Source: an uncultured delta proteobacterium (GTDB lineage: Bacteria > Desulfobacterota > Syntrophia > Syntrophales > Smithellaceae). From it: a DNA stretch of 43,755 bases. Position 1 is the stretch's first letter; each line of letters begins with the position of its first letter. Below the pieces are notes generated by a model that saw only the letters and a list, made by a program, of their open reading frames with translations, was not told the origin of the DNA and ran no database searches. Below, one piece after another: positions 29,190-40,397 of the stretch. The position numbers and the translations under genes are program-made. Location of the stretch: NCBI GenBank assembly GCA_903904655.1, contig CAIVDK010000419.1, positions 1 through 43,755 of the forward strand, in the 5' to 3' direction.

Positions 29190-30011
29190 ATGGGAATTAT
29201 CAAATATAAACCGACATCACCCGGCAGGAGATTTCAGAGTGTCTCGGATTTTGCAGAGATTACATCAGCGGAGCCGGTAAAAAGCCTTTTAAAGCCGATC
29301 AAGAGAACAGGTGGTCGTAACAATTACGGTCGGATCACGGCGCGTTACATTGGTGGCGGTCACAAACGTAGATATCGGATGATTGATTTCTGTCGTAATA
29401 AGACGGACATTCCGGCAAAGGTAGCGACCATTGAATATGATCCAAACCGGTCGGCCAGAATTGCATTGCTCAACTATCGTGACGGTGAAAAGAGATATAT
29501 TGTGGCGCCGGCGCAGATCAATGTTGGTGATGTCCTAATCAGCGGTCCAAAAGCGGATATTAAGCCGGGCAACGCAATCCCCTTGAAGTATATACCGCTG
29601 GGTTCCTTAATCCATAATGTGGAATTAAAAGTAGGTCGTGGAGGGCAACTGATTCGTTCGGCAGGCGCCTATGGCCAGCTGATGGCTAAAGAAGGCACAT
29701 ATGCCCAGGTGAGACTCCCGTCCGGTGAAGTCCGCAAGGTGTTTATTGAGTGCATGGCAACGATCGGTCAGGTTGGCAACAACGATCATGAAAACATCAG
29801 CATCGGCAAAGCCGGAAGGACTCGATGGTTGGGCAAGACGCCCCATGTGCGGGGTGTTGTCATGAACCCAGTGGATCATCCGATGGGTGGTGGTGAAGGT
29901 AAGTCATCGGGGGGCCGTCATCCCTGTACGCCTTGGGGGGTTCCGACAAAGGGACACAAAACAAGGAAGAACAAGAGAACTGATAAATATATCGTCAAGA
30001 GAAGAGGTTAA
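29190..30011 (+). CDS. rplB: 50S ribosomal protein L2
   Basis: [31 protein letters not shown]. Confidence 0.98.
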   Translation: MGIIKYKPTSPGRRFQSVSDFAEITSAEPVKSLLKPIKRTGGRNNYGRITARYIGGGHKRRYRMIDFCRNKTDIPAKVATIEYDPNRSARIALLNYRDGEKRYIVAPAQINVGDVLISGPKADIKPGNAIPLKYIPLGSLIHNVELKVGRGGQLIRSAGAYGQLMAKEGTYAQVRLPSGEVRKVFIECMATIGQVGNNDHENISIGKAGRTRWLGKTPHVRGVVMNPVDHPMGGGEGKSSGGRHPCTPWGVPTKGHKTRKNKRTDKYIVKRRG

Positions 30012-30017
30012 TAAACC

Positions 30018-30299
30018 GTGGCACGTTCGATCAAAAAAGGGCCTTATATTGAAGAAAGTTTGCTCGCCAAGGTCAGGAAAATGGAAGCCGAAAGCAGCAA
30101 GAATGTGATTAAGACTTGGTCGCGGCGTTCAACCGTAACACCAGAATTAATAGGTTTCACGTTTGCTGTGCATAACGGGAAAAAGTTCATTCCGGTTTAT
30201 GTGACAGAGAACATGGTGGGTCATAAATTAGGTGAGTTCGCACCGACGAGGACTTTTTATTCACATTCCGGTGATCGGAAAACGAAGGTTCGCAAGTAA
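30018..30299 (+). CDS. rpsS: 30S ribosomal protein S19
   Basis: [20 protein letters not shown]. Confidence 0.98.
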   Translation: MARSIKKGPYIEESLLAKVRKMEAESSKNVIKTWSRRSTVTPELIGFTFAVHNGKKFIPVYVTENMVGHKLGEFAPTRTFYSHSGDRKTKVRK

Positions 30300-30338
30300 T
30301 ATTTTCGCGCAAGCGGACAGGTTTGGAGTTGATAAGAT

Positions 30339-30671
30339 ATGGAAGCAAAGGCAGTTGCAAAATATATTCGGATGTCGCCGCAGAAAGTCAGATTGGTAGT
30401 TGATCTGATTCGAGGAAAGAAGGTGCAGGAAGCGCGTAATATCCTGCTTTTTACCAGGAAATACTCGGCGGGTATTATCGCCAAGGTGCTGAAGTCAGCT
30501 GTTGCTAACGCGGCACAGAATCCAAATATTGACGAAAATACGCTTTATGTTAAAGAGATATTTGTGGATCAGGGACCGTCGCTGAAAAGATGGCGGGCCA
30601 GAGCCCAGGGAAGAGCGGCGGGAATTAAGAAGAGAACGTCACATATAACCGTTGTCGTGGATGAAAAGTAG
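30339..30671 (+). CDS. rplV: 50S ribosomal protein L22
   Basis: [29 protein letters not shown]. Confidence 0.97.
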   Translation: MEAKAVAKYIRMSPQKVRLVVDLIRGKKVQEARNILLFTRKYSAGIIAKVLKSAVANAAQNPNIDENTLYVKEIFVDQGPSLKRWRARAQGRAAGIKKRTSHITVVVDEK

Positions 30672-30683
30672 GGAGGAACGATA

Positions 30684-31331
30684 TTGGGTCAGAAGGTTAA
30701 CCCGGTAGGATTACGATTAGGTTACATTAAAAAGTGGCAGTCTGTATGGTTTGCCGAAAAGAATTATAGTCGAATGCTGCTTGAAGACTTAAAGGTCAGA
30801 AAGTACCTTAAGAAAAAGCTATATCATGCCGGTATTTCGCATATCGAAATTGAGCGGGCGGCGAATAAAGCCAAAGTGAATATTTATGCGGCCCGGCCCG
30901 GAGTCATCATCGGGAAAAAAGGCTCGGAAATAGAAAAGCTTAAGGTGGAAATTGAAAAATTTTCGCAGGCGGAAATTATTATCAATATTTTAGAGGTCCG
31001 AAAACCGGAAACGGATGCCCAGTTGGTGGCCGAAAATGTCGCCATGCAGCTTGAAAGAAGAGTTGCTTTCCGCCGAGCGATGAAAAAGTGTGTTGGTTAT
31101 GCCCTGAAGTTCGGAGCCAAAGGAATCAAAATAACCTGTTCCGGAAGGCTTGGCGGCGCTGAGATTGCCCGATCGGAATGGTATCGTGAAGGTCGTGTGC
31201 CACTACATACCCTGAGGGCCGATATCGATTACGGTTTCATTGAAGCGCATACAGCTTATGGTTTAGTCGGCATTAAAGTGTTAATTTTTCACGGAGAGGT
31301 ATTGCCAACAAAGAACGAAAAACAGTCATGA
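30684..31331 (+). CDS. rpsC: 30S ribosomal protein S3
   Basis: [35 protein letters not shown]; TTG start. Confidence 0.98.
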   Translation: MGQKVNPVGLRLGYIKKWQSVWFAEKNYSRMLLEDLKVRKYLKKKLYHAGISHIEIERAANKAKVNIYAARPGVIIGKKGSEIEKLKVEIEKFSQAEIIINILEVRKPETDAQLVAENVAMQLERRVAFRRAMKKCVGYALKFGAKGIKITCSGRLGGAEIARSEWYREGRVPLHTLRADIDYGFIEAHTAYGLVGIKVLIFHGEVLPTKNEKQS

Positions 31332-31396
31332 GTCCAGCAAGGGGATTTTTCTCGACCATGAAAGATCGCTGTGAAGGTAAACGGGAGTTATAAATT

Positions 31397-31819
31397 ATGT
31401 TAATGCCAAAACGGGTAAAATATAGAAAATTGCAGAAAAACCGCATGGGAGGAAAAGCGACCAGAGGTGGCACCATTGCCTTTGGCGACTATGGACTACA
31501 AGCGGCTGAATGCGGATGGGTCTCCGCGAGGCAGATCGAGGCAGCGCGTGTTGCGATGACTCGTTATGTGAAGCGAGGCGGTAAAATCTGGATTCGGGTA
31601 TTCCCGCACAAATCCATCACGAAGAAGCCTGCTGAAACTCGAATGGGCAAAGGCAAGGGAGCACCGGAAGGATGGGTGGCGGTGGTCAAACCCGGTTCGG
31701 TTCTCTACGAGATGGAAGGTGTAACGAGAGAAGTAGCCAAAGAAGCATTTCGCTTGGCATCTCATAAACTGGCCATTTCAACAAAGTTTTTAGCAAGGGA
31801 GATATCTGATGAAAATTAG
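31397..31819 (+). CDS. rplP: 50S ribosomal protein L16
   Basis: [18 protein letters not shown]. Confidence 0.98.
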   Translation: MLMPKRVKYRKLQKNRMGGKATRGGTIAFGDYGLQAAECGWVSARQIEAARVAMTRYVKRGGKIWIRVFPHKSITKKPAETRMGKGKGAPEGWVAVVKPGSVLYEMEGVTREVAKEAFRLASHKLAISTKFLAREISDEN

Positions 31820-32003
31820 TGAAGTCAGAGGTCTCGGTATTAACGAGCTTCAAATAAAAAATAGTGAATTAGTGGAAGAACTGTTTCGGTTGAAGATTAG
31901 GCATTCATCGGGTCAACTCGAATCAACCGCGACGCTGGGCCGCCTCCGTAAGGATATTGCCCGTATCGCAACGGTGCTGAAGGAAAAGGAGGCCGCAGAT
32001 TAA
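31809..32003 (+). CDS. rpmC: 50S ribosomal protein L29
   Basis: ELFRLK, GQLE, RKDIARI; conserved position. Confidence 0.95.
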   Translation: MKISEVRGLGINELQIKNSELVEELFRLKIRHSSGQLESTATLGRLRKDIARIATVLKEKEAAD

Positions 32004-32004
32004 T

Positions 32005-32262
32005 ATGGCTGAAAAAAGCAATAAACGCACGATTAAGGGCGTAGTGATCAGTGATAAGATGGACAAAACCATTGTGGTGAAAGCAGAAAGATTAGTCAAG
32101 CACTCTGTGTTTCACAAATACGTGCGCAGGCATGACAAATACAAAGCCCATGATGAACAGAATCAATGCAAGACGGGGGATAGCGTGTTAATCATTGAGG
32201 CGCGGCCGATGAGTAAGGACAAACGCTGGCGGATGCTGGAAATCCTGGAGAGAGCAAAATAA
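32005..32262 (+). CDS. rpsQ: 30S ribosomal protein S17
   Basis: [27 protein letters not shown]. Confidence 0.97.
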   Translation: MAEKSNKRTIKGVVISDKMDKTIVVKAERLVKHSVFHKYVRRHDKYKAHDEQNQCKTGDSVLIIEARPMSKDKRWRMLEILERAK

Positions 32263-32309
32263 AAACTTGGCTTCGTAAGCAAGTGGCTTGTTATAATGGA
32301 GTTTATTTT

Positions 32310-32678
32310 ATGATTCAGATGCAGACAATTCTAAATGTTGCCGACAATTCCGGTGCCAAGAGAGTCGCTTGTATTAAAGTGCTTGGTGGATCGAAGCGGC
32401 GTTACGCCTCCTTAGGCGATGTCATCGTCGTTGCAGTGAAAGAGGCGATTCCGAATTCCAAAGTGAAAAAAGGTGATGTGATGAAAGCGGTCATCGTCCG
32501 CACCGTGAAAGAAGTGAGACGGCCGGATGGTTCTTATCTAAAGTTTGATGACAACTCCGCTGTTCTCATTAGCAATCAGATGGAACCGATCGGGACAAGA
32601 ATTTTTGGACCTGTTGCCCGTGAACTGAGAGCAAAGCAGTTTATGAAGATTATATCTCTGGCTCCAGAGGTTTTATAA
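32310..32678 (+). CDS. rplN: 50S ribosomal protein L14
   Basis: [35 protein letters not shown]. Confidence 0.98.
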   Translation: MIQMQTILNVADNSGAKRVACIKVLGGSKRRYASLGDVIVVAVKEAIPNSKVKKGDVMKAVIVRTVKEVRRPDGSYLKFDDNSAVLISNQMEPIGTRIFGPVARELRAKQFMKIISLAPEVL

Positions 32679-32700
32679 GCCTGTTTTGAAGAGGGGAAAA

Positions 32701-33024
32701 ATGAGTTTAGGCAGATTGAAAAAAGGAGATATGGTTAAAGTTCTTGCCGGTAAGGACAAAGGGAAGACCGGAAAGATTCTGAAAGCTATACCCGAGAAAA
32801 ACAAAGTGGTCGTCGAGAAGATCAACGTGATCAAGAAGCATAAAAGGCCCGACCAAAAAAGCAAAGGTGGTGTCGTGGAAAAAGAGGCGGCGATGTGTGT
32901 CTCCAAGGTCAGCATCATTTGTGGCAAGTGCAAAGAAGCGGCCAGAATTAGAAGTCGTATCCTCGATGACGGCAAGAAGATTCGTATCTGTAGCAAGTGC
33001 AACGACGTAATCGATGTGGGTTAA
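32701..33024 (+). CDS. rplX: 50S ribosomal protein L24
   Basis: KKGDMVKVLAGKDKGKTG (KOW); C-terminal CGKC/CSKC. Confidence 0.96.
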   Translation: MSLGRLKKGDMVKVLAGKDKGKTGKILKAIPEKNKVVVEKINVIKKHKRPDQKSKGGVVEKEAAMCVSKVSIICGKCKEAARIRSRILDDGKKIRICSKCNDVIDVG

Positions 33025-33030
33025 GAAAAA

Positions 33031-33570
33031 ATGGCAAGATTAAAGGAATATTATTTAAAAACAGTAGTGCCGGCTCTGGTCAAGGAATTTGACTACAAAA
33101 ATCCCATGCAAGTGCCCAAAATGGATAAGATTGTTGTCAATATGGGTTTGGGAGAGGCTGTTTCCAATGTGAAAATCATTGACGGCGCCGTGCAGGAAAT
33201 GGCGATGATCACAGGACAAAAGCCGGTGATCACGAAAGCGAAAAAATCCATAGCGACATTTAAACTTCGCCAGGGCATGCCGATCGGCTGCTCGGTGACC
33301 TTACGAAAAGAAGTCATGTACGAGTTTTTTGATCGTCTGGTGAACGTAGCGTTGCCGAAAGTTAGAGACTTTCGGGGAATATCGCAAAGCGCGTTTGACG
33401 GCAGGGGAAATTATTCCATTGGCCTTCATGAGCAAATCATTTTTCCTGAAATTGAATATGATAAAATCGAAAAGGTCAAGGGAATGAATATTACTATCGT
33501 AACGACGGCTCGGACGGACGAAGAAGCCCGTGTGTTGCTGAAGTTGATGGGTGTCCCCTTCAAGAATTAA
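33031..33570 (+). CDS. rplE: 50S ribosomal protein L5
   Basis: [28 protein letters not shown]. Confidence 0.98.
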   Translation: MARLKEYYLKTVVPALVKEFDYKNPMQVPKMDKIVVNMGLGEAVSNVKIIDGAVQEMAMITGQKPVITKAKKSIATFKLRQGMPIGCSVTLRKEVMYEFFDRLVNVALPKVRDFRGISQSAFDGRGNYSIGLHEQIIFPEIEYDKIEKVKGMNITIVTTARTDEEARVLLKLMGVPFKN

Positions 33571-33596
33571 ACGAGGAAGCTCCGGAGGAATTTCGT

Positions 33597-33782
33597 GTGG
33601 CAAAAAAGTCATTAATAGCAAAAGCAAACAGGAAACCGAAATTTTCGGTCAGGGAGTATAACCGCTGTCAGATTTGCGGTCGGCCCCGAGCGTATTATAG
33701 AAAATTTGAAATGTGTAGAATATGTTTGAGGAAACTTTCCTTACAAGGTGAGCTTCCGGGTATGATAAAATCAAGTTGGTAA
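33597..33782 (+). CDS. rpsN: 30S ribosomal protein S14, type Z (Zn-binding)
   Basis: 61 aa, RCQICGRPR...MCRIC...KSSW. Confidence 0.96.
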   Translation: MAKKSLIAKANRKPKFSVREYNRCQICGRPRAYYRKFEMCRICLRKLSLQGELPGMIKSSW

Positions 33783-33803
33783 TTTTAGTTAAGGAGAAAA
33801 AGC

Positions 33804-34205
33804 ATGGGGATGACTGATCCTATTGCCGATATGCTGACAAGGATTCGAAACGGGAATAAAGCTCGTTTCAAAAATGTCAATGTTTACATGTCGCAAATGA
33901 ATATGAATATTGCCAAAGTCTTGAAAGCGGCTGGATATATAAATAACTTTGACGTTATAAAGGATGAAAAGGGTCATCCGATGCTGAAGATCGCCCTTAA
34001 ATATCCGGATGCAAAACGTACGGTGATAACCGACATCAAAAGAGTCAGCAAGCCTGGGCGGAGAGTATATGTTGCCGCTGATAGCATCCCGAAAGTGCTC
34101 AACGGTTTTGGTATTGCCATTCTTTCAACTTCACGCGGTGTCATCACCGATCAAGAAGCCAGAGAATCCAATGTCGGCGGCGAAGTTCTTTGTAATGTTT
34201 GGTAA
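33804..34205 (+). CDS. rpsH: 30S ribosomal protein S8
   Basis: TDPIADMLTRIRN, SKPGRRVY, STSRG, GGEVLC. Confidence 0.97.
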   Translation: MGMTDPIADMLTRIRNGNKARFKNVNVYMSQMNMNIAKVLKAAGYINNFDVIKDEKGHPMLKIALKYPDAKRTVITDIKRVSKPGRRVYVAADSIPKVLNGFGIAILSTSRGVITDQEARESNVGGEVLCNVW

Positions 34206-34238
34206 TTAAACTTATATTTTAAACGGGAGTTCTTGTTC

Positions 34239-34778
34239 ATGTCGAGAATAGGTAAAAAACCGATCACTTTCCCAAAGAATGTAAAAATCAGCCAAAGTGG
34301 CGGTATTGTTAAAGTCGAAGGGCCCAAGGGCACGTTGTCTTCGAAATTGCCCGATGGCATTTCGATGGTCGTTTCCGAAAATAATTTGGACATTGAGCGA
34401 AAATCAGACGATCGTATAGTGCGGTCATGTCATGGCTTAGCCAGAACGTTGATCAACAACATGGTGATCGGTGTCAGTACCGGCTTTGAAAAGGGACTGG
34501 AAATATCCGGCGTTGGTTATCGTGCGGAAGTTACCGGCTCGACCTTAAAAATGGTTTTAGGTTTTTCCAGTCCTGTGCAATACAGCATTCCCAAAGGGAT
34601 CGATGTGAAGGTGGATAAACAGATTAATCTGGTTGTTTCCGGAATTAATAAGGAACTTGTTGGCCGGGTGGCCTCGGAAATTCGGTCGCTGAAAAAGCCT
34701 GAGCCATATAAAGGCAAGGGTATTAAATATGTGGGTGAGTATATTCGGCGTAAGGCCGGTAAGTCGGCGGCTAAATAA
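34239..34778 (+). CDS. rplF: 50S ribosomal protein L6
   Basis: MSRIGKKPI, GVGYRA, PEPYKGKGIKY. Confidence 0.97.
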   Translation: MSRIGKKPITFPKNVKISQSGGIVKVEGPKGTLSSKLPDGISMVVSENNLDIERKSDDRIVRSCHGLARTLINNMVIGVSTGFEKGLEISGVGYRAEVTGSTLKMVLGFSSPVQYSIPKGIDVKVDKQINLVVSGINKELVGRVASEIRSLKKPEPYKGKGIKYVGEYIRRKAGKSAAK

Positions 34779-34815
34779 GAGTTTAAAAATTATATTGCCT
34801 TAAAGAGGTAGAACA

Positions 34816-35181
34816 TTGGCTTCCAAAAAGACACTAAAAATCAGAGATAAAAGAGAGAAGAGAGTAAGGGGCAAACTTACAGGAACATCGGAGCGGCCGC
34901 GTCTTTCTGTTTTTCGTTCGGATAAACACATCTACGCTCAGGTCATCAACGACGCTCAGGCAGCAACCATTGCAACAGCTTCTACTTTGAGCAAAGAACT
35001 GGCCGGTAAACTCAAGGGGATCAAGAAAGTTGATGTGGCCAAGGAGGTGGGCAAGTTGATTGCAATGCGGTTGCAGGCCTTGGGTGTGGAAAAAGTCGTT
35101 TTTGATAGGGGAAGATTTCTCTATCACGGCCGCGTGAAAGCTTTGGCTGATGCTGCGCGGGAAAATGGTCTTAAATTTTAA
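34816..35181 (+). CDS. rplR: 50S ribosomal protein L18
   Basis: [29 protein letters not shown]. Confidence 0.97.
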   Translation: MASKKTLKIRDKREKRVRGKLTGTSERPRLSVFRSDKHIYAQVINDAQAATIATASTLSKELAGKLKGIKKVDVAKEVGKLIAMRLQALGVEKVVFDRGRFLYHGRVKALADAARENGLKF

Positions 35182-35204
35182 ACCAAGCTTAGTGCATAGA
35201 ATTC

Positions 35205-35702
35205 ATGATAAGGGAAGAATCGTTGGATAAGAAAGAAATGAAAGATGTGGAGCTCCTCGACCGAGTTATAGCCATTAATCGTACGGCAAAAGTCGTTAAG
35301 GGAGGAAGGCGGTTTCGTTTCAGTGCGATCGTAGTTGTCGGTGACGGCAAGGGTTCGATCGGAGCTGGGTTGGGCAAAGCACATGAAGTTCCCGAAGCGA
35401 TCCGCAAGGGGATGGAAATGGCCAAGAAGAACATGGTTAAAGTTGCGGTTGCTAACAAAACAATCCCTTATGAAGTTCTTGGAAAATTCGGGGCGGGTAA
35501 AGTATTGTTGAAACCGGCATCGGAAGGAACGGGGTTAATCGCCGGCGGTGCAGTAAGAGCCGTTTTGGAGGTTGCCGGCGTTCATAATATTTTGACAAAA
35601 TGCTTAGGTTCACACAATCCGCACAATCTGGTCAAGGCTACTGTACAAGGGCTTTGTCAGTTGAAAGATCCGGCGGAAATTGCCGCTCAGAGAGGCAAGT
35701 AA
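35205..35702 (+). CDS. rpsE: 30S ribosomal protein S5
   Basis: [27 protein letters not shown]. Start uncertain (TTG 35223 possible). Confidence 0.96.
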   Translation: MIREESLDKKEMKDVELLDRVIAINRTAKVVKGGRRFRFSAIVVVGDGKGSIGAGLGKAHEVPEAIRKGMEMAKKNMVKVAVANKTIPYEVLGKFGAGKVLLKPASEGTGLIAGGAVRAVLEVAGVHNILTKCLGSHNPHNLVKATVQGLCQLKDPAEIAAQRGK

Positions 35703-35727
35703 AAAAATTGACGAGGGTGTTTATACA

Positions 35728-35916
35728 GTGGGCAAAATGTTAAAAATTAAAATGGTGAAAAGTGTAATTACCCGGCCGGAAAAGCAGAGAAAAATTATCC
35801 GCGGCTTGGGATTGAAAAAATTAAACAGCACGGTGACTCTGGTGGATACCCCGGAGATTCGCGGCATGATTAATAAAGTTATCCACCTTGTTTCTGTGGA
35901 AGAGTCAAAGGAGTAG
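35728..35916 (+). CDS. rpmD: 50S ribosomal protein L30
   Basis: [22 protein letters not shown]; GTG start 35728 (or ATG 35737). Confidence 0.94.
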   Translation: MGKMLKIKMVKSVITRPEKQRKIIRGLGLKKLNSTVTLVDTPEIRGMINKVIHLVSVEESKE

Positions 35917-35919
35917 GTT

Positions 35920-36366
35920 ATGGATTTAAGTTCTCTGAAAGCGCCCCCCGGAGCGACAAAGAAAAGAAAAAGAGTCGGCCGTGGTGACGCGTCCGGCCAC
36001 GGAGGAACATCGGGTAAAGGCCATAAGGGCCAGAATGCCCGTTCAGGTGGTTATACAAGAGATGGTTTTGAAGGCGGTCAAATGCCAATGTCGCGGAGAT
36101 TGCCGAAAAGAGGGTTTAGAAATCCCTTCAGAGAAAGTTATGTTGCTATAAATCTGATGGATTTATGTCGTAAATTTGAAAAGGGTTCCATCATTGATGA
36201 AGCGGCAATTTTAGCAAGCGGACTTGTTAAAAAGAAAAGTGACGGTATTAAGATTCTGGCAAAAGGCAATATTGATTTTCCGGTGACTGTCAAAGTAGCT
36301 AAAATTAGTGCAGCAGCGAAAATAAAAATAACCGCCGCAGGCGGATCTGTTGAAGAGGTAATGTGA
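35920..36366 (+). CDS. rplO: 50S ribosomal protein L15
   Basis: [31 protein letters not shown]. Confidence 0.97.
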   Translation: MDLSSLKAPPGATKKRKRVGRGDASGHGGTSGKGHKGQNARSGGYTRDGFEGGQMPMSRRLPKRGFRNPFRESYVAINLMDLCRKFEKGSIIDEAAILASGLVKKKSDGIKILAKGNIDFPVTVKVAKISAAAKIKITAAGGSVEEVM

Positions 36367-36367
36367 C

Positions 36368-37675
36368 TTGCTAGAGGGATTAGGCGGCGTTTCTAAAATA
36401 CCTGAATTACAGAGAAGAATTCTGTTTACCATGCTTCTCCTGGCGGTTTACCGTGTTGGTGTGTTCATTCCAACTCCCGGAATTGACAATACGGCATTGC
36501 TGGCATTTTTTGACCAAGCCAGAGGGTCTATGCTGGGATTGATGGATTTATTTGCCGGCGGCGCGCTGAGCACATTTTCCATTTTCGCTTTGGGTATCAT
36601 GCCCTACATTACATCGTCGATTATCATCAACCTGCTGACCGTCGCCATTCCCCACTTGGAAAAACTTTCCAAAGAGGGTGAAAACGGACGTAGAAAAATT
36701 ACGCAGTACACTCGCTACGGCACCGTCGGACTGAGTATCGTTCAGGGATTCGGTATTGCCTGGGGATTGCAGCAAATGGCCAGTCCTTCCGGGGCCCCGA
36801 TTGTTTTAAATGCCGGCTGGTCTTTTATATTAATGACTATTATTACGCTCACGTCCGGCACAGCATTTTTGATGTGGCTCGGTGAGACCATTACGGAAAA
36901 GGGTATCGGTAATGGGATATCGCTGATAATATTTGCAGGAATTGTGTGTAATTTGCCTGGGGCAATCGGAAACACTTGGAGTTTGTATTCGTCCGGAGAA
37001 TTACATTTCATAGTTTTGCTTTTGTTAGCGGTATTTATGATCGCCGTGATTGGAGCGATCGTTTATGTGGAAGCGGCGCAAAGAAGAATTCCGGTGCAAT
37101 ATGCAAAGCGCATCGTGGGAAGAAAAATGTACGGCGGACAGACAACCCATTTGCCGCTTAAAATTAATTCTGCCGGTGTTATTCCGCCGATTTTTGCATC
37201 ATCGGTGATCATGTTCCCGGCGACCATCGCTAATTTTGCTCCGCAGGGTTGGATGCAGACTGTAGCCGGACTTTTAAAACCAGGACAGGTTGGGTATGAA
37301 GTTCTTTTTGTGGCGCTGATCTTCTTCTTCTGCTTCTTCTATACGGCAGTCACCATTAAGCCGGATGATATGGCGGAAAATATGAAAAAATATGGCGGTT
37401 ATGTTCCGGGAATTAGGCCCGGTAAGAAGACTGCAGAGTATATCGAAGAAATTCTGGAAAGGTTGACTTTTAGTGGGGCTGTCTATGTTTCCATTATTTG
37501 TGTATTGCCAAGTGTGTTGATTTCTCAATTAAATACACCTTTTTATTTCGGCGGCACATCGCTCCTCATTGTTGTTGGCGTAGCGATGGATACGGCGAGC
37601 CAAATTGAATCACATTTACTAACCCGTCAATATGAAGGGTTTATGAAAAAAGGACACATTGCTCGTAGGCGATAA
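36368..37675 (+). CDS. secY: Preprotein translocase SecY
   Basis: SIFALGIMPYI, KGIGNGISLIIFAGI, GVIPPIFASS, PGIRPG, FGGTSLLIVVGV. Confidence 0.98.
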   Translation: MLEGLGGVSKIPELQRRILFTMLLLAVYRVGVFIPTPGIDNTALLAFFDQARGSMLGLMDLFAGGALSTFSIFALGIMPYITSSIIINLLTVAIPHLEKLSKEGENGRRKITQYTRYGTVGLSIVQGFGIAWGLQQMASPSGAPIVLNAGWSFILMTIITLTSGTAFLMWLGETITEKGIGNGISLIIFAGIVCNLPGAIGNTWSLYSSGELHFIVLLLLAVFMIAVIGAIVYVEAAQRRIPVQYAKRIVGRKMYGGQTTHLPLKINSAGVIPPIFASSVIMFPATIANFAPQGWMQTVAGLLKPGQVGYEVLFVALIFFFCFFYTAVTIKPDDMAENMKKYGGYVPGIRPGKKTAEYIEEILERLTFSGAVYVSIICVLPSVLISQLNTPFYFGGTSLLIVVGVAMDTASQIESHLLTRQYEGFMKKGHIARRR

Positions 37676-37701
37676 AAAATATTATTTTAAGGTTGGGGCT
37701 C

Positions 37702-38451
37702 ATGGTCATTCTGAAGCAGCCGGATGAAATCGATAAAGCCAGAGCAAGTAACCGTATTGTTGCAGAAGTATTGAACGTCCTTCGCGAAAAAGTAAAACCG
37801 GGTGTGACGACCAGAGAGTTGGATAAAATAGCTGAAGGTGTCACTGAAAAAAGAAGAGCAAAACCGGCGTTTAAAGGTTATCGAGGTTACCCATTTTCGC
37901 TTTGTACCTCGGTTAATGATGAAGTGGTTCATGGGATGCCTTCGAATCGTATTTTAGTTGAAGGCGATATTATTGGACTTGATTTTGGCATTTATCATCA
38001 AGGACTTTATGGTGATGCGGCGATAACGCTTCCTGTCGGGAAGATTGACGAGCAGGCGGCCAATCTGATGAGGGTAACTGAGCAGAGTTTATATTCGGCA
38101 ATAAACCAGGTCTGCGCTGGAAACCGTCTTGGAGATATATCGGCGGCGGTTCAGGAAACAGTAGAAGCAGCGGGTTATTCCATTGTCAGGGATTTTGTCG
38201 GTCACGGTGTTGGCAAGAGTTTACATGAAGACCCGCAGATTCCTAATTTTGGAAAAAAAGGACGAGGAATCGAGCTGAAAAAAGGGATGATTTTGGCCAT
38301 CGAACCGATGGTAAATGCAGGGCAATATAAAGTAAAGATTTTATCAGATGGTTGGACGGTGATTACAGCGGATGGGAGTTTATCGGCTCATTTTGAGCAT
38401 TCGGTGGCAATCACTGATAACGGGCCGGAGATATTAAGTAAATTAAATTAA
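37702..38451 (+). CDS. map: Type I methionine aminopeptidase
   Basis: CTSVNDEVVHG, D.G...GD, GHGVG..LHEDP, AIEPM, SAHFEH. Confidence 0.97.
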   Translation: MVILKQPDEIDKARASNRIVAEVLNVLREKVKPGVTTRELDKIAEGVTEKRRAKPAFKGYRGYPFSLCTSVNDEVVHGMPSNRILVEGDIIGLDFGIYHQGLYGDAAITLPVGKIDEQAANLMRVTEQSLYSAINQVCAGNRLGDISAAVQETVEAAGYSIVRDFVGHGVGKSLHEDPQIPNFGKKGRGIELKKGMILAIEPMVNAGQYKVKILSDGWTVITADGSLSAHFEHSVAITDNGPEILSKLN

Positions 38452-38495
38452 TTAGTTTCTTAATTTAAACGGCAGGAATGAAATAGTATAAATGT

Positions 38496-38714
38496 ATGGC
38501 CAAAGAGGAAGCAATAGAAGTTGAAGGTCGGGTTCTCGAGCCCCTGCCGAATGCCATGTTTCGGGTAGAACTGGAAAACGGGCATAAGGTTTTGGCGCAT
38601 ATATCCGGCAAAATGCGAATGCATTTCATTAAAATATTGCCTGGGGACAAAGTGACGGTAGAACTATCCCCATATGATTTGACCCGGGGACGGATCACTT
38701 ACAGGACGAAATAA
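38496..38714 (+). CDS. infA: Translation initiation factor IF-1
   Basis: [28 protein letters not shown]. Confidence 0.98.
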   Translation: MAKEEAIEVEGRVLEPLPNAMFRVELENGHKVLAHISGKMRMHFIKILPGDKVTVELSPYDLTRGRITYRTK

Positions 38715-38749
38715 AAATATTTTTTTACCGAGGATAAGGAGTTAGCAGC

Positions 38750-38863
38750 GTGAAAGTTAGATCGTCAGTGAAAAAAATATGCGAGAAGTGCAAAATTGTT
38801 AAACGCAAGGGTATTTTGCGTGTTATTTGTGAAAACCCAAAACATAAGCAGCGTCAGGGCTAG
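38750..38863 (+). CDS. rpmJ: 50S ribosomal protein L36; not in the ORF track
   Basis: Manual translation from GTG: [37 protein letters not shown]; AAGGAG RBS. Confidence 0.96.
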   Translation: MKVRSSVKKICEKCKIVKRKGILRVICENPKHKQRQG

Positions 38864-38888
38864 TTTTAAACATTTCAGGAGGTTATAG

Positions 38889-39257
38889 GTGGCACGAATT
38901 TCAGGTGTTGATTTACCGAAAAACAAGAGAATGGAAGTTGCCTTAACTTATATTTATGGTATCGGCAAGACAAGGGCAAAGCAGATCCTGAAAGATTCGG
39001 GTGTTAGCCCGGATACAAAAACTGACCAGCTCGCCGACTCCGAAATATCGGCGATCAGGGGCATTATCGATAAAGAGGGTAAGGTGGAGGGTGATCTCCG
39101 CCGAGAAATATCCATGTCGATTAAACGCCTGATGGACATTGGCGCTTACCGTGGCTTACGCCACCGTAAAGGACTTCCGACAAGAGGGCAGAGGACACAT
39201 ACCAACGCAAGGACCAGAAAAGGACCGAGAAGAGCAATCGCAGGCAAGAAAAAGTAG
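38889..39257 (+). CDS. rpsM: 30S ribosomal protein S13
   Basis: [34 protein letters not shown]. Confidence 0.98.
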   Translation: MARISGVDLPKNKRMEVALTYIYGIGKTRAKQILKDSGVSPDTKTDQLADSEISAIRGIIDKEGKVEGDLRREISMSIKRLMDIGAYRGLRHRKGLPTRGQRTHTNARTRKGPRRAIAGKKK

Positions 39258-39285
39258 CTGGAATTAATTTTCGACCGGAGGAGAA

Positions 39286-39678
39286 ATGGCGAAAGCAGTC
39301 AGAAAGACAGGTAAGAAAAAAGAAAAGAAAAATATCACGGAAGGGGTTGCCCACATTCAATCCACTTTCAATAATACCATAATTACGATTACGGACATGA
39401 CCGGCAACGTCATTTCATGGTCATCATCAGGATTACAAGGTTTCAAGGGTTCACGCAAGAGTACGCCTTTTGCCGCACAGATGGCCGCGGAAGACGCGGT
39501 GCGCAAAGCCAAAGACCAGGGCATGCGACGGGTTCAAGTTTACATCAAAGGTCCGGGCGCAGGACGGGAGTCGGCATTGCGTTCTTTGCAGCTGGCCGGA
39601 TTGACCATTACCATGATACGCGACGTCACGCCTGTTCCGCATAACGGTTGCAGACCGCCGAAGCGGCGCAGGGTATAA
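39286..39678 (+). CDS. rpsK: 30S ribosomal protein S11
   Basis: [33 protein letters not shown]. Confidence 0.98.
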   Translation: MAKAVRKTGKKKEKKNITEGVAHIQSTFNNTIITITDMTGNVISWSSSGLQGFKGSRKSTPFAAQMAAEDAVRKAKDQGMRRVQVYIKGPGAGRESALRSLQLAGLTITMIRDVTPVPHNGCRPPKRRRV

Positions 39679-39723
39679 GATAAATATTTTTAGAATGATT
39701 GAAGACTAAAGGGAGGCGTTTTT

Positions 39724-40353
39724 TTGGCAAGATATACGGATTCCTCATGCAGGTTGTGTCGCCGGGAAGGCTTGAAGCTTTTTTTGAAGGGCGATCGTTG
39801 TTATTCGGAGAAATGCTCTTTTGAAAGAAGGGGCTTCGCTCCGGGAGATCATGGTCAGTCCCATAAGAAGCAGCAGTCGGACTATGGAACTCAGTTGCGC
39901 GAAAAGCAAAAGCTCAAAAGAATGTATGGGCTTTTAGAAAAACAGTTTCACGGCTACTTTGAAAAAGCCGATCGGCAAAAGGGTATCACGGGTACGAATT
40001 TGCTGGTGCTTCTGGAACGCAGACTGGACAACATGGTTTTTCGCCTTGGTTTTGCCAATTCGAGAGTTGAGGCAAGACAGTTGATCAGCCACAGCCATTT
40101 TCTGATTAACGGCAAAGCGGTCAATATCCCTTCGTACCTGCTGAAAGCTGGTGATGAAGTCACCATTAAAGAAGGCTCTCGTAAGATTAATCGGATACTC
40201 GAAGCAATGGAAACCGTCGCGAGACGTGGTGTGCCACATTGGCTGGGATTGGATAAAGATAACTTTAAAGCGACCATTAAAATGCTGCCGGTTCGTGAAG
40301 ATATAACGATGCCGGTACAGGAACAGCTTATTGTAGAACTTTATTCGAAGTAA
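39724..40353 (+). CDS. rpsD: 30S ribosomal protein S4 (Zn-finger type)
   Basis: [16 protein letters not shown]...[23 protein letters not shown]. Confidence 0.98.
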   Translation: MARYTDSSCRLCRREGLKLFLKGDRCYSEKCSFERRGFAPGDHGQSHKKQQSDYGTQLREKQKLKRMYGLLEKQFHGYFEKADRQKGITGTNLLVLLERRLDNMVFRLGFANSRVEARQLISHSHFLINGKAVNIPSYLLKAGDEVTIKEGSRKINRILEAMETVARRGVPHWLGLDKDNFKATIKMLPVREDITMPVQEQLIVELYSK

Positions 40354-40397
40354 GCAAATAAAATATTTAGTAAACCAGCTAGAGGGTGGGTTTGATT

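Noticed and set aside
31329-31396. Selenocysteine or readthrough at the rpsC TGA
   Set aside because: S3 is complete at the stop, another in-frame TGA follows ten codons later, and no convincing SECIS hairpin is present.
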